Source: a virus (Duplodnaviria > Caudoviricetes). From it: DNA of 64,000 nt. Position numbers and translations under genes: made by a program. The stretch spans positions 253,465 to 317,464 of the IMG/VR virus record IMGVR_UViG_3300028888_000047; one strand, given 5' to 3'. Within the stretch, counting starts at the first letter, position 1. Every line of letters starts with the position of its first letter. A model generated the notes under the pieces. That model saw only the letters and a list, made by a program, of their open reading frames with translations, was not told where the DNA came from and searched no databases. This document shows, one piece after another, positions 39,750-48,962 of this stretch.

Positions 39750-39779
39750 CAAATATACAAAAATTTTTTAAAAAACAAA
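39750..39779 (-). promoter_or_regulatory. Bacteroidota sigma-A-type promoter (TTTG-N18-TATATTTG) for the ssb-tdk-uvsX unit
   Basis: Both elements are present; an ATATTTATA motif lies just upstream (39792-39800). Confidence 0.8.
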
Positions 39780-39810
39780 AATATTTTCTTATATAAATAT
39801 CAGGAAAAAC

Positions 39811-39843
39811 AAAAAAGAGTAACCACCTTGATTACTCTTTTTA
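39811..39843 (-). terminator. Intrinsic terminator
   Basis: AAAAAAGAGTAA/TTACTCTTTTTT inverted repeat with T-tracts on both strands. Confidence 0.7.
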
Positions 39844-39851
39844 TATCTTTT

Positions 39852-40697
39852 TTATAGGCCAAATATCTTTTTCAAATTTTGGTCCAAATCGTCTGGAACG
39901 CTAAATGTATCAGCAATTTCTCTCTCACTGAAATCATCAACATCATCGTTTGTTATAACATATTCCTGTGTTGTTGGTTCTTGATTATCAGCATATGCTG
40001 AATAATTACTATCCTTTTCCTTATCTGCCCAATAATCAGTTGGTTTAATCTTAAATGGGTAAGAATCTAATGAACGAAGGTTTAATTTCTCAGTTTGAGT
40101 TGGGTTTCTTTTTTCAAATTCAGCTTTCAAATCTGCGATTTCCTGATTGTTTTTATCAAACATTCCTTCCAAAGATTCAATTGCCCCAATAAGCTTTTCA
40201 ATTCTTGAATCGACCTTTCCCAAATCTCTTCCAACTGAATTAACCTTATCATTTACTTTTTCTTGAGCATCTGTAAGGTCATCAACATCAATTACCTCTT
40301 CGTCCTCTTCAGGCTCTCCTTCATCTAAACCTCCCATGTCATCAGGGCCTACCGGCATTCCTCCCATAGGGTCGGCGCCTCCTGCCATTGGGTCAGCATT
40401 TGGGCCAGGCATTCCACTATCAAGTGCTCCACCTGCCATTGGGTCTCCTCCAGGGGCTCCACCTTGTGCGTCAGGTGCGGGTGGCATTCCTCCGCCCATA
40501 GGGTCTCCACCAGGAGGCATTCCACCCATTGGGTCTTGTCCCGGTGCTCCACCCATACCTTGTTGGTTTTGTTGCTGATTTGGGTCTTCTTCTCCTTCTT
40601 CCTCAATTGGGAAGCCATAAGATTCTCCCAAAGCCCTGACAAAACGCAAGTGAGCTTCGAAAAGGTTATTTTCTTTTAAGTATTTATAGTTTGCCAT
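39852..40697 (-). CDS. Acidic, Gly/Pro/Met low-complexity protein with a coiled coil; possible prohead core/scaffold-type protein
   Basis: Five DPM(G/A)G repeats, an acidic stretch, a heptad coiled coil, and N-terminal LKE/LFE/LGE sites. Confidence 0.45.
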   Translation of the reverse strand: MANYKYLKENNLFEAHLRFVRALGESYGFPIEEEGEEDPNQQQNQQGMGGAPGQDPMGGMPPGGDPMGGGMPPAPDAQGGAPGGDPMAGGALDSGMPGPNADPMAGGADPMGGMPVGPDDMGGLDEGEPEEDEEVIDVDDLTDAQEKVNDKVNSVGRDLGKVDSRIEKLIGAIESLEGMFDKNNQEIADLKAEFEKRNPTQTEKLNLRSLDSYPFKIKPTDYWADKEKDSNYSAYADNQEPTTQEYVITNDDVDDFSEREIADTFSVPDDLDQNLKKIFGL

Positions 40698-40706
40698 TGT
40701 TCTATA

Positions 40707-40937
40707 TTAGTCTACTAAAAGCTGTTTATTATCTTCAGTTAGAATTGTCTTTGAACTCTCAGTTCTTTCGATTAAACCCTTATCCTTCTTAATTCTCTTA
40801 ACCTCTTTTTCAGGAGCATTATTAACAATTGCTTCTGCCATTGAAATCTTATCCATAACTTCTGTTTTAATTTCGTTATTTATAGCGTTCTTTTTCTGTG
40901 GTTTAACGCTTTGTGAATGTTTAATTATAAATGCCAT
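40707..40937 (-). CDS. Small hypothetical late protein
   Basis: 76 aa, preceded by ATATTTATA (40959-40967). Confidence 0.55.
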   Translation of the reverse strand: MAFIIKHSQSVKPQKKNAINNEIKTEVMDKISMAEAIVNNAPEKEVKRIKKDKGLIERTESSKTILTEDNKQLLVD

Positions 40938-40970
40938 AATAATTCTATTTTATTTATATATAAATATTAT

Positions 40971-41384
40971 TTACATTAAAAAAGAGCATTTATCTTCTAT
41001 TTTTGATAGATTATTTATAGTTAAATTACCGTTTGTAATTAAAATAAGTTTATCTTTGTATAAACTCCAATTAATTTCAACTTCATTATACGGTTTTTCT
41101 TCAGTAAAATTATAATTTTCCTCAATTATTCTGTTTAAAGCATTAATTGAGAATAAGCATCCATTTTTAACGTGCAATATCGTTGAATTTGGTATTTTTT
41201 TGATAAAATTATCCTTATTATACGTCTTGAATGTTGTTAAATATTCTTTTTCATTAGAATCGATTGAATAAACAAAAACTCTTTCCAAATTGATGTGAAA
41301 TTTTTGTTTAAGCGTTTCTAAAAACGAAAGAATTCTATTTTTTACTACAAACGTTCCAATTATTACTCCTTTTTTTTCAGACAT
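40971..41384 (-). CDS. Hypothetical protein
   Basis: 137 aa ORF in the operon. Confidence 0.6.
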   Translation of the reverse strand: MSEKKGVIIGTFVVKNRILSFLETLKQKFHINLERVFVYSIDSNEKEYLTTFKTYNKDNFIKKIPNSTILHVKNGCLFSINALNRIIEENYNFTEEKPYNEVEINWSLYKDKLILITNGNLTINNLSKIEDKCSFLM

Positions 41385-41389
41385 TTTAA

Positions 41390-41983
41390 TTAAATAATTG
41401 ACATGAAATATGGAATTACATATTTCTTATTTCCAATTTCTGTTTTTATACTTTTCACACAATCTGAAGCATTGGTACAAATTATATTATTTTTGTTTGA
41501 ATATAATTTTTTAAAAATTTTCTTTATATCTACTTTTATGTATTCCAAAATTGATATTGAAATTCCCAAAATTGCATCATTGTACAAAATATAAAACATA
41601 TTGTTACTTATATAAATATATTTTCTTTCTCCGGAAAATAATATATTATATAATTTTTTTATTTTACTATATTTTAAATTTAATATATTAATATAATAAT
41701 ATTTTATATTACTAGATATATTATTTATTATATAATTATAAAAATAGTTTATATCATTCTCAAAGTCAACCCTTTTTTCAGTTTTTTTAAATGTCCAAAA
41801 TAAGTTATCATTGACTTTTTTATCCAAAATTGAGAAATTTTCAATATATTTCTTGGCCAAATCTATGCCAACTATTAAAACAGGTTTCGTTGGGTCTGCC
41901 AATGAAATATCATCAACAACACCAACGAAATCCTTAACATCTTTTATCTTTCTATCCGTAACAATATAGCCTAATTTTTGCAT
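41390..41983 (-). CDS. Hypothetical protein
   Basis: Start set at MQKLGY (ATG 41983), downstream of the promoter at 42003. Confidence 0.6.
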   Translation of the reverse strand: MQKLGYIVTDRKIKDVKDFVGVVDDISLADPTKPVLIVGIDLAKKYIENFSILDKKVNDNLFWTFKKTEKRVDFENDINYFYNYIINNISSNIKYYYINILNLKYSKIKKLYNILFSGERKYIYISNNMFYILYNDAILGISISILEYIKVDIKKIFKKLYSNKNNIICTNASDCVKSIKTEIGNKKYVIPYFMSII

Positions 41984-42002
41984 ATTACAATAAATTTTTA
42001 AA

Positions 42003-42014
42003 CAAATATACAAA
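42003..42014 (-). promoter_or_regulatory. Bacteroidota sigma-A-type promoter, -7 element
   Basis: TTTGTATATTTG, 20 nt upstream of ATG 41983. Confidence 0.72.
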
Positions 42015-42035
42015 AATATTTTTAAAAAAAGAAAT

Positions 42036-45000
42036 TTAACTCCTTAAACATTTACCATTGTAACAAGTTGATGGCTTTTGATTGGTTGATTTTCCATTTC
42101 CATTATATTTTATTATCCAGAAAGTACCCGGACCACTGTTACCATAGACATAAGGTTTATTTTGTTTAAAATCACTATACCAACCATTTCCGTCTCCGCA
42201 ATACATGCAAACGTGTCCAACATAATTGAAATCACTTCCTTTAGTCATACCCATAACATCACCAACTTCAGGTTTGTAGTTTTTAAATTCATTTGAATCT
42301 GTCTTACCTGTTAATTCAAATCTCCATCCTCCTTCATTAACCATGTTAAGAGCCTTTCTATAGCCATTTCCTGAAGGACATTCTATACCGCCAGCAAGCA
42401 CTGCTTGTTGAACAGCAAAAGCACATATATGCTTAGATTCACTTAAACCATGTTGTATCAAGAAATTAGCAGCCTTTCCTGCGTCCCAATTTCCAATTTT
42501 CATGTTTTCTTGTAAAACTCCACCAACTCCATTAATGTTATCTTCCATTCCAAGTTCTTTCATAATGCTACTACAATCTTCAATCTTATATTTTTCAAAC
42601 AACGCTTCATAATTATCCAATTGATTGTTTGTATCACCTTTTAACTGTTGACTTGGAGAACCATATGCCTTTACCAATGCATAACAGAAATCTTCATGTA
42701 TTCCATCATTATTATTTTCTCCCTTCGGTATAACAACTTTTCCAATCATTTGACTTGGATTATTTTCAGATGTCACTTTGATATTCTTATAAGTGCTACC
42801 TTCTTTAACATGAACCAAAAAAGCAACAGGTAATACGTGTTGTGATGAACCATCTCCTGGTAATATCCAATTAATTGTATCAACTTTATCAGAATATGCT
42901 GATAAAATCATATCCAATACAGAGCCAAATTTGCTACTGTTATTGCCATTTGTTAGCCATATTGTATCACCATCACTCTTTTCTGTTTTTATACCAATGT
43001 TAACTTTATTTGATGAAGAGGATGAAGTTTTATTTAAAGAATTTAAAAATGCAGTAGCCAAATCAGAAACTTTACCTTTTGCATTTCTTGCAACAGGTGC
43101 AGTTGATGAAGTATTACTGTTATATGCATTAAAATAAGCTTTTGCTTTCTCTATTCTCAAGTCATTTTCAGCTAAACCTTGCATGCATTTTTTACACCTT
43201 TCATACACAGCAGCAAATATCTTTGCAGCCTCTACTGCGCTACTTGCATTATTAAGTAAATCTTTTAAATTCTTACCTGGAAATTGCTTCCAATATTCAT
43301 AATTTAGCTTTTTATTATAGTTTGGTATTTTTGCATATGATTTAATTATGCTATTATGCAGAAATTCTAATTGTTTGTCTGCGCTTGGTAAATCTGATGA
43401 TGTAATTGAACGCGAGCATGATGGGTCTGTAGCTGTACCATATGGGTTTCCATTAACCAAATCACATAGATTTGTAGCGTTCCACATACACAATCCGCCT
43501 GATTTATATCCATTACTATCAACAATTAAGTTATTGGCTTTAAAAAGAGATTCTTCCCACATATTACCGACTATTCCGGCTGCTGCTGATGTAGAATAGC
43601 CAAATGAAATTAACTTGCTCATTAAAGATTTGGCACTATCCTTTTCTGAACCACTTAATTTAACATTACCATCATCAATTACCAACGGATATACCTTATA
43701 TGGACAGTTATTAGCAACTCCTGCTGTTAATTCTTTAACTGATACACTATCAGAATTTCCATTTTCTTCACCATTTCCTGTTTGATTATTTCTTTCTCTT
43801 ATAGAATCCTCACGTGCAATTCTCGTGCAAACATTTGACATTCTAACGCCAACAAATTTTGTAACCATATTACCAGGTTCTATATGGTGAGACACCTTTT
43901 CTATCAAATAAGTGCCTCTAAACATTGGAACATTGTTTAACACAAAGTACATAAGAGGCTGTACCCATGCACAACCCATCATTGTTACCGTACATGTGTA
44001 TGAGTTATTTGAATAAATTGAAAATAAATCTTGGCCATAAGTATAAATTTTAGACCTATCGCCGGTTTGTTCTCCGGTGTTGTTTTGACAAGCAATAGCA
44101 AATTGAGCCTTAATTGATTGCTCAGTTACAATTGGGCTATCCATCGACACATCAACATCTTTAAAATAACTTTGATACATTTTTCCATAAGAAACCCCAA
44201 AAGCTGGAATATTATATCTTGTTGATGAATTTGCGTTTCTTGATGTCAACGCCTCTGGCCATTTGTTCGTTGTACTTGGCGGTTGATTTATCATAAAGCC
44301 ATCATTTTCATATTCACTGTTTTCGATGTCAAGATAATTTGATGACTCATATGGATACATAACAATGAAATTTGGATGGTCTTTTATATATCTTATTTCA
44401 TTGAATGATATTGTATCAAACATTTTTTCAAGATTTTTCTTATCTCCCAAATCTATAAAGTTTTGCACACATAAGAAATTAAGTTTATTTTGTTGATATA
44501 ATCCTGATAAAAATGATAATAATGAGAATTGTTCATTTCTGTAGCAACTAACAACTCTATCGCAAAAATCTCCTATGTTAATTTTAATGAATTCGGCTTT
44601 GTTGTAATAAGCGTCTATGAAATAAAAATACTTATCTTCTCTATTATCATCAAAAAATGCTTCTATTGTCAAAGATTTATTAAATTCTTCTTCACTTATA
44701 CCAGCAATCCATTTATCATAAATCATCTTGCAATATCTATATATACCAATTTTTATATCATCATTGGAATCGTCTGGTTCTTTTGCTTGTGATATTTGTG
44801 TGCTTACTCCATCACTGTCAACTTTAATATTTTGTATTACTGATAAGAATCCATTAAAGAATTGAATTAATTCACCAGTATCTGCTTTAGGAACAATATC
44901 ATTTGTTTCATTAAAGTATTTACTATTTTTAGAAAAAATACACCCAGCTAAAGCGAAATTACAAGCGTGTATTGCACTTGGTCCTCCGTCTCTAATTCCG

Positions 45001-48000
45001 AGTCTTAAGCCTATTGTTCCATCTTCTGAACTTCCTTTTGAATCTTCATCAATTGTTATGTAGTTTCTGAAGAAATTGTCATCCAATTCGCCTTTTAAGA
45101 AATCCATTATTGAATTGTATGACTCGTCAAATTTCTTAATATCTTCATTTTTCCCTCCAAAAACGCCATTGTCTTCAATTTCAGGAATTTTTAAAAAGAA
45201 TTCTTCATATGTTCTTTCCTTATTTCCATCTTTGTGAATCAAATGAAGTTCAAGCCCCTCTCTCATTTCGTTAAATGAACGCAATAATGAGTCATTTTTG
45301 ATGCCATTGTTAATCCAATTACTGAATATGCCCATTAAACGTTCTATAACACTTCTATTAAGCGTTTTAAGAGCGTCTACTTGGTCTTTATAATGGTATG
45401 TGGTAATCTTACCATCTGACAATGCTTTCTTGCCCTCAGAGGTAGTTTCTGCCCATAATAGAGCACCCGCAAATAATACAGCAGGTAACGGTATTACTTG
45501 CATTGTTCTTTGCTTATTGCAAATAAATTGCAAAATAATCTTATGATAATTTATAGCATAACCAAGAGAAGCCAAAAACAATAATGCTTTTGCTTTAACA
45601 TCTTTTTGCCAATAATATAATAATTCTCCAAATATAGAAACATCTCTATTTGGTTCTAAATCAGTATCAACACCAGGAAATTCTGTAAATGTGAAATCTC
45701 TATAGTTAAATTCCTCTAAGTATTTAGTATATCCATCTGACCCCTTTCGCTTAACATCATTTCCATCTTTATCTTTCCAACCCTTGACCCATATTTGTCC
45801 ACTTCCACCGTTTCCTGGATACTCTTTATTAAAATAATTCATATTATACCCATGTTCAAACGATTCGTTTGAAAAAGCGTTTTTAGAAGTTGGAAGCATA
45901 CAAGAGCCATTAGAAGGAGTTATTGCTGATGCATTTTCTATTATATATGCTATAATATTTTGTGCATTACTATCATTAAGGCAATTATCTTTATAAAAAG
46001 TTGATGAATACTTACACTCTTTTAAGAATTTTTCTTGATAATACCCAATATTGTCAATTCCTGTTAATTGTGATTCAGCAATAGTTGAAAATCTATTTAT
46101 ATTTGTATCATATGTAAATGAATTTTCTTTGGCTATAACTCTATTTGATTTTGTATCTCTATATGGTGATGTGTTTATATAATCATTACTATAATGTGAT
46201 TTTGTAGATTGCTTTGTTTCATTGTTTATTTTACTCCAAGATAAATTTTGATATGGTATAGTAAATCCAGAATTAGCGAAACAAATATTCAAACTACCAT
46301 CAGCATTTATTATCCCTCTATTTGCTTCTCCGTTAAATTGCCAAGGCCAAGAGTCACCGGTCTTCCTTATTCTTCCTTCAGAACCCATCATCATTTCAAG
46401 AATATCATCTCCATTAAGCCCTGAAATTTTTTCACTAAAATCTTTATTTACTTTGTTATTACTAAGGAAATTATAAGCCTCAGCCTCTCCTAAAGCAGTG
46501 GCTTGAGAACCCCAATCTTGGAAATTAGTGGTAGACAATATTTGTACGGCCCTTAAACCAACAAGTCCTAAAACGTTAGGTAAATCATTAGAGTCTAATA
46601 TACCGTCTAAATATGGCTTACTATCAGCAATCATATCAAGTGGTGTTAATGGATATTTGGTAACAGATGTATTTGAAGTTGTAGAACCACCACCATTACC
46701 TGCCCCTTCTGAGTCTTCGTATTTCTGTATATCTTTAGCAATTTCCTTTACACCATTTATAATTCCATGAACAAGGTCTTTTTCTCTAAAATCTCCTTCA
46801 TAATTTCCTACCCAAGATTCTTCTCTTATTGTAGAGTTTTCTCTTTTAACTTCAGTTGTTACTTTTGGGAATGGTGGAACTATAGTAGCTTTATCATTGT
46901 CTTTATTCTTTATATCAGAAAAGTCTCTTATATCTCCAACACGTAAAGATTCTATTGTTCTTGCGGGTTTTTGACCACATATGATTTTAGATGTTTCAAA
47001 AATCATCCTTGCAAACGTCTCAAAATGAGCCATTACAATTTTTGTAATATTTTCTACTGTAGGATGAAAGCCTAATGCTTTAGAAACAGCAGTATCGTGT
47101 AATTTTTCAATTTCTTTTTCTACTTCTTTTGTTCTTTCGCCATTTGCTTCCTTGTAAGATTCTAATATGTTAACAAACCCATTATCATAAAAATAATAAG
47201 CATATTTATTGTTTAATAGCCTGCTTACGTTTTCCTTATTACTTTCATTAACTCCTTGTTTGAATAAATTATAAAGTTCTTCGTTGTCGCTTTTAATATC
47301 GTCATTTACTTTATCTTCCATAAATACTTTTTTCTTATCAGCGGCAGAAAAAATCCTTTGTTTTGAATCAAACTCATGAAATTTACTTACTTCGGGCAAT
47401 TTTTCATCCGGGAATTCAGAATTATACTTTTCTAATTCCTCAACAAATGTATCATAATAGTTATCTAATTGGCTTGTTTCTTCAAAACAATCTTCAAAAT
47501 CATCTCCTGATATTTCATCAGCTATCAAAATAATAGAACTTTTAGGAACTCCATTTTTGCTATTAACAGAATAATACATGAGTTTTAATTCATCTTCTGA
47601 ATATTTTCTTTTGACAATTCTTGAAATTTCTCTCGCATAATTGCTATAAGCTATTTCTATATTTTGATACCTTTCTGATTTTTTATCAAGTGTTACTTTT
47701 TCTTGAGCTGTGGGGTCAGATTGAGAAATTCTATCTGCCATAGACTCGATGTCTTTCATTTTGTTTATGAGCCATCCAATCTTTGGCATCGCTATTTCAT
47801 TTTCTGAAGTTCCTGTAATTTTAAATTTTCTACTTTCCCAGTATTTTGCTCCAATATAATCAGAATAAGGTGCAGCAACCAATCCATTCATCATAACATC
47901 ATTTAGAAATGAAAAATGGTATCCTACAAATTTAGCTGTACAACCAAAATTACCTGTTTTTGAGTCAAATCTTCCTCTAAAATCAGCACAAGTTAATTCA

Positions 48001-48629
48001 TATGAAACAGGATTTCCATAAAAACCCTTTACATATAACCTAAACTTTGGATATGGAAACGTGAAAAAACATTGGAAAAAAGTATTTGCAATATCAGTAT
48101 ATTTTTCTCCATTTATTGCCTTATCTGATATTAAACTTGACTCATATAACTCTTTTTGAGCAAATAATGCGACTCCACGAATATCAGTGAATTCTATTGT
48201 TACTTCAGGAACCATATAACTGTTATATGCAATATCAATAGAATTAATACCAAACATTTCAGTTGAAGGACCATTTTTCTTTAAATCTCCAAGATATATG
48301 TCTGTGTAGTTGGTGGTTAAAGAGTTCATAGTAACTCCACTTTCTCCAATAGGCACTTTAGAGCCTTGCATGAAATTAATTGAACTATCGCCATCCAATT
48401 TTGTCATGTAACTTAACACCATAGTTTTACCATTTGAAGATTTACTTGTCTGTACATTTCTACCTCTTGTTTCAACTTCAAGGTTAACAAAAACACAATA
48501 ATCCTCAAGTGGTGGCGTAAACTCATAAGTATTGAGCCCATTTGCATCATATTCCTCAACAGAATTGATGTAATTAGGCTCTACATATACTATATTATTT
48601 TCTATTCTTCCAACTCTTGTTTTTCCCAT
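42036..48629 (-). CDS. Baseplate hub / tail-associated lysin (hub domains + phage tail lysozyme + CHAP/Tae-like amidase)
   Basis: 2197 aa. Hub-type end motif GTYLIEKVSHHI...TKFVGVR; lysozyme motifs AAAGIVGNMWEES, GLCMW, QLEFL and YERC; C-terminal HICAFAVQQA...GDV...GHVCMY...WYSDFKQ. Confidence 0.78.
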   Translation of the reverse strand: MGKTRVGRIENNIVYVEPNYINSVEEYDANGLNTYEFTPPLEDYCVFVNLEVETRGRNVQTSKSSNGKTMVLSYMTKLDGDSSINFMQGSKVPIGESGVTMNSLTTNYTDIYLGDLKKNGPSTEMFGINSIDIAYNSYMVPEVTIEFTDIRGVALFAQKELYESSLISDKAINGEKYTDIANTFFQCFFTFPYPKFRLYVKGFYGNPVSYELTCADFRGRFDSKTGNFGCTAKFVGYHFSFLNDVMMNGLVAAPYSDYIGAKYWESRKFKITGTSENEIAMPKIGWLINKMKDIESMADRISQSDPTAQEKVTLDKKSERYQNIEIAYSNYAREISRIVKRKYSEDELKLMYYSVNSKNGVPKSSIILIADEISGDDFEDCFEETSQLDNYYDTFVEELEKYNSEFPDEKLPEVSKFHEFDSKQRIFSAADKKKVFMEDKVNDDIKSDNEELYNLFKQGVNESNKENVSRLLNNKYAYYFYDNGFVNILESYKEANGERTKEVEKEIEKLHDTAVSKALGFHPTVENITKIVMAHFETFARMIFETSKIICGQKPARTIESLRVGDIRDFSDIKNKDNDKATIVPPFPKVTTEVKRENSTIREESWVGNYEGDFREKDLVHGIINGVKEIAKDIQKYEDSEGAGNGGGSTTSNTSVTKYPLTPLDMIADSKPYLDGILDSNDLPNVLGLVGLRAVQILSTTNFQDWGSQATALGEAEAYNFLSNNKVNKDFSEKISGLNGDDILEMMMGSEGRIRKTGDSWPWQFNGEANRGIINADGSLNICFANSGFTIPYQNLSWSKINNETKQSTKSHYSNDYINTSPYRDTKSNRVIAKENSFTYDTNINRFSTIAESQLTGIDNIGYYQEKFLKECKYSSTFYKDNCLNDSNAQNIIAYIIENASAITPSNGSCMLPTSKNAFSNESFEHGYNMNYFNKEYPGNGGSGQIWVKGWKDKDGNDVKRKGSDGYTKYLEEFNYRDFTFTEFPGVDTDLEPNRDVSIFGELLYYWQKDVKAKALLFLASLGYAINYHKIILQFICNKQRTMQVIPLPAVLFAGALLWAETTSEGKKALSDGKITTYHYKDQVDALKTLNRSVIERLMGIFSNWINNGIKNDSLLRSFNEMREGLELHLIHKDGNKERTYEEFFLKIPEIEDNGVFGGKNEDIKKFDESYNSIMDFLKGELDDNFFRNYITIDEDSKGSSEDGTIGLRLGIRDGGPSAIHACNFALAGCIFSKNSKYFNETNDIVPKADTGELIQFFNGFLSVIQNIKVDSDGVSTQISQAKEPDDSNDDIKIGIYRYCKMIYDKWIAGISEEEFNKSLTIEAFFDDNREDKYFYFIDAYYNKAEFIKINIGDFCDRVVSCYRNEQFSLLSFLSGLYQQNKLNFLCVQNFIDLGDKKNLEKMFDTISFNEIRYIKDHPNFIVMYPYESSNYLDIENSEYENDGFMINQPPSTTNKWPEALTSRNANSSTRYNIPAFGVSYGKMYQSYFKDVDVSMDSPIVTEQSIKAQFAIACQNNTGEQTGDRSKIYTYGQDLFSIYSNNSYTCTVTMMGCAWVQPLMYFVLNNVPMFRGTYLIEKVSHHIEPGNMVTKFVGVRMSNVCTRIAREDSIRERNNQTGNGEENGNSDSVSVKELTAGVANNCPYKVYPLVIDDGNVKLSGSEKDSAKSLMSKLISFGYSTSAAAGIVGNMWEESLFKANNLIVDSNGYKSGGLCMWNATNLCDLVNGNPYGTATDPSCSRSITSSDLPSADKQLEFLHNSIIKSYAKIPNYNKKLNYEYWKQFPGKNLKDLLNNASSAVEAAKIFAAVYERCKKCMQGLAENDLRIEKAKAYFNAYNSNTSSTAPVARNAKGKVSDLATAFLNSLNKTSSSSSNKVNIGIKTEKSDGDTIWLTNGNNSSKFGSVLDMILSAYSDKVDTINWILPGDGSSQHVLPVAFLVHVKEGSTYKNIKVTSENNPSQMIGKVVIPKGENNNDGIHEDFCYALVKAYGSPSQQLKGDTNNQLDNYEALFEKYKIEDCSSIMKELGMEDNINGVGGVLQENMKIGNWDAGKAANFLIQHGLSESKHICAFAVQQAVLAGGIECPSGNGYRKALNMVNEGGWRFELTGKTDSNEFKNYKPEVGDVMGMTKGSDFNYVGHVCMYCGDGNGWYSDFKQNKPYVYGNSGPGTFWIIKYNGNGKSTNQKPSTCYNGKCLRS

Positions 48630-48637
48630 TTCAACTT

Positions 48638-48958
48638 TTAAGTTAAACCATATAATTCTTCATAAACATCAATATCATTATTATATTGCGCTATCACTGC
48701 TTCCAATGGATAAGGAATTCTAATTCTCGCCCCGTCTGGTATTTTAAACTCCAATGAACCATATTCAGGATTGGCTTGCATTATCAACCAATCATAGTTT
48801 GCGTCACCATAATATTGATATGATAACAAATCAAGCCTTGTCTTACCTGCAACATAATATGTATAATAATCAGTTGTTCTTTTAGGTATTTCTATAAATG
48901 GGACATGTAATATTGCCCCATTTCTTCTAAATTTATAATAACGGTCGTAAGATGCCAT
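48638..48958 (-). CDS. LysM-like baseplate protein (T4 gp53/P2 gpX-like)
   Basis: TRLDLLSYQYYGDANYDWLIMQANP...IPDGARIRIP. Confidence 0.8.
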   Translation of the reverse strand: MASYDRYYKFRRNGAILHVPFIEIPKRTTDYYTYYVAGKTRLDLLSYQYYGDANYDWLIMQANPEYGSLEFKIPDGARIRIPYPLEAVIAQYNNDIDVYEELYGLT

Positions 48959-48962
48959 AGTT

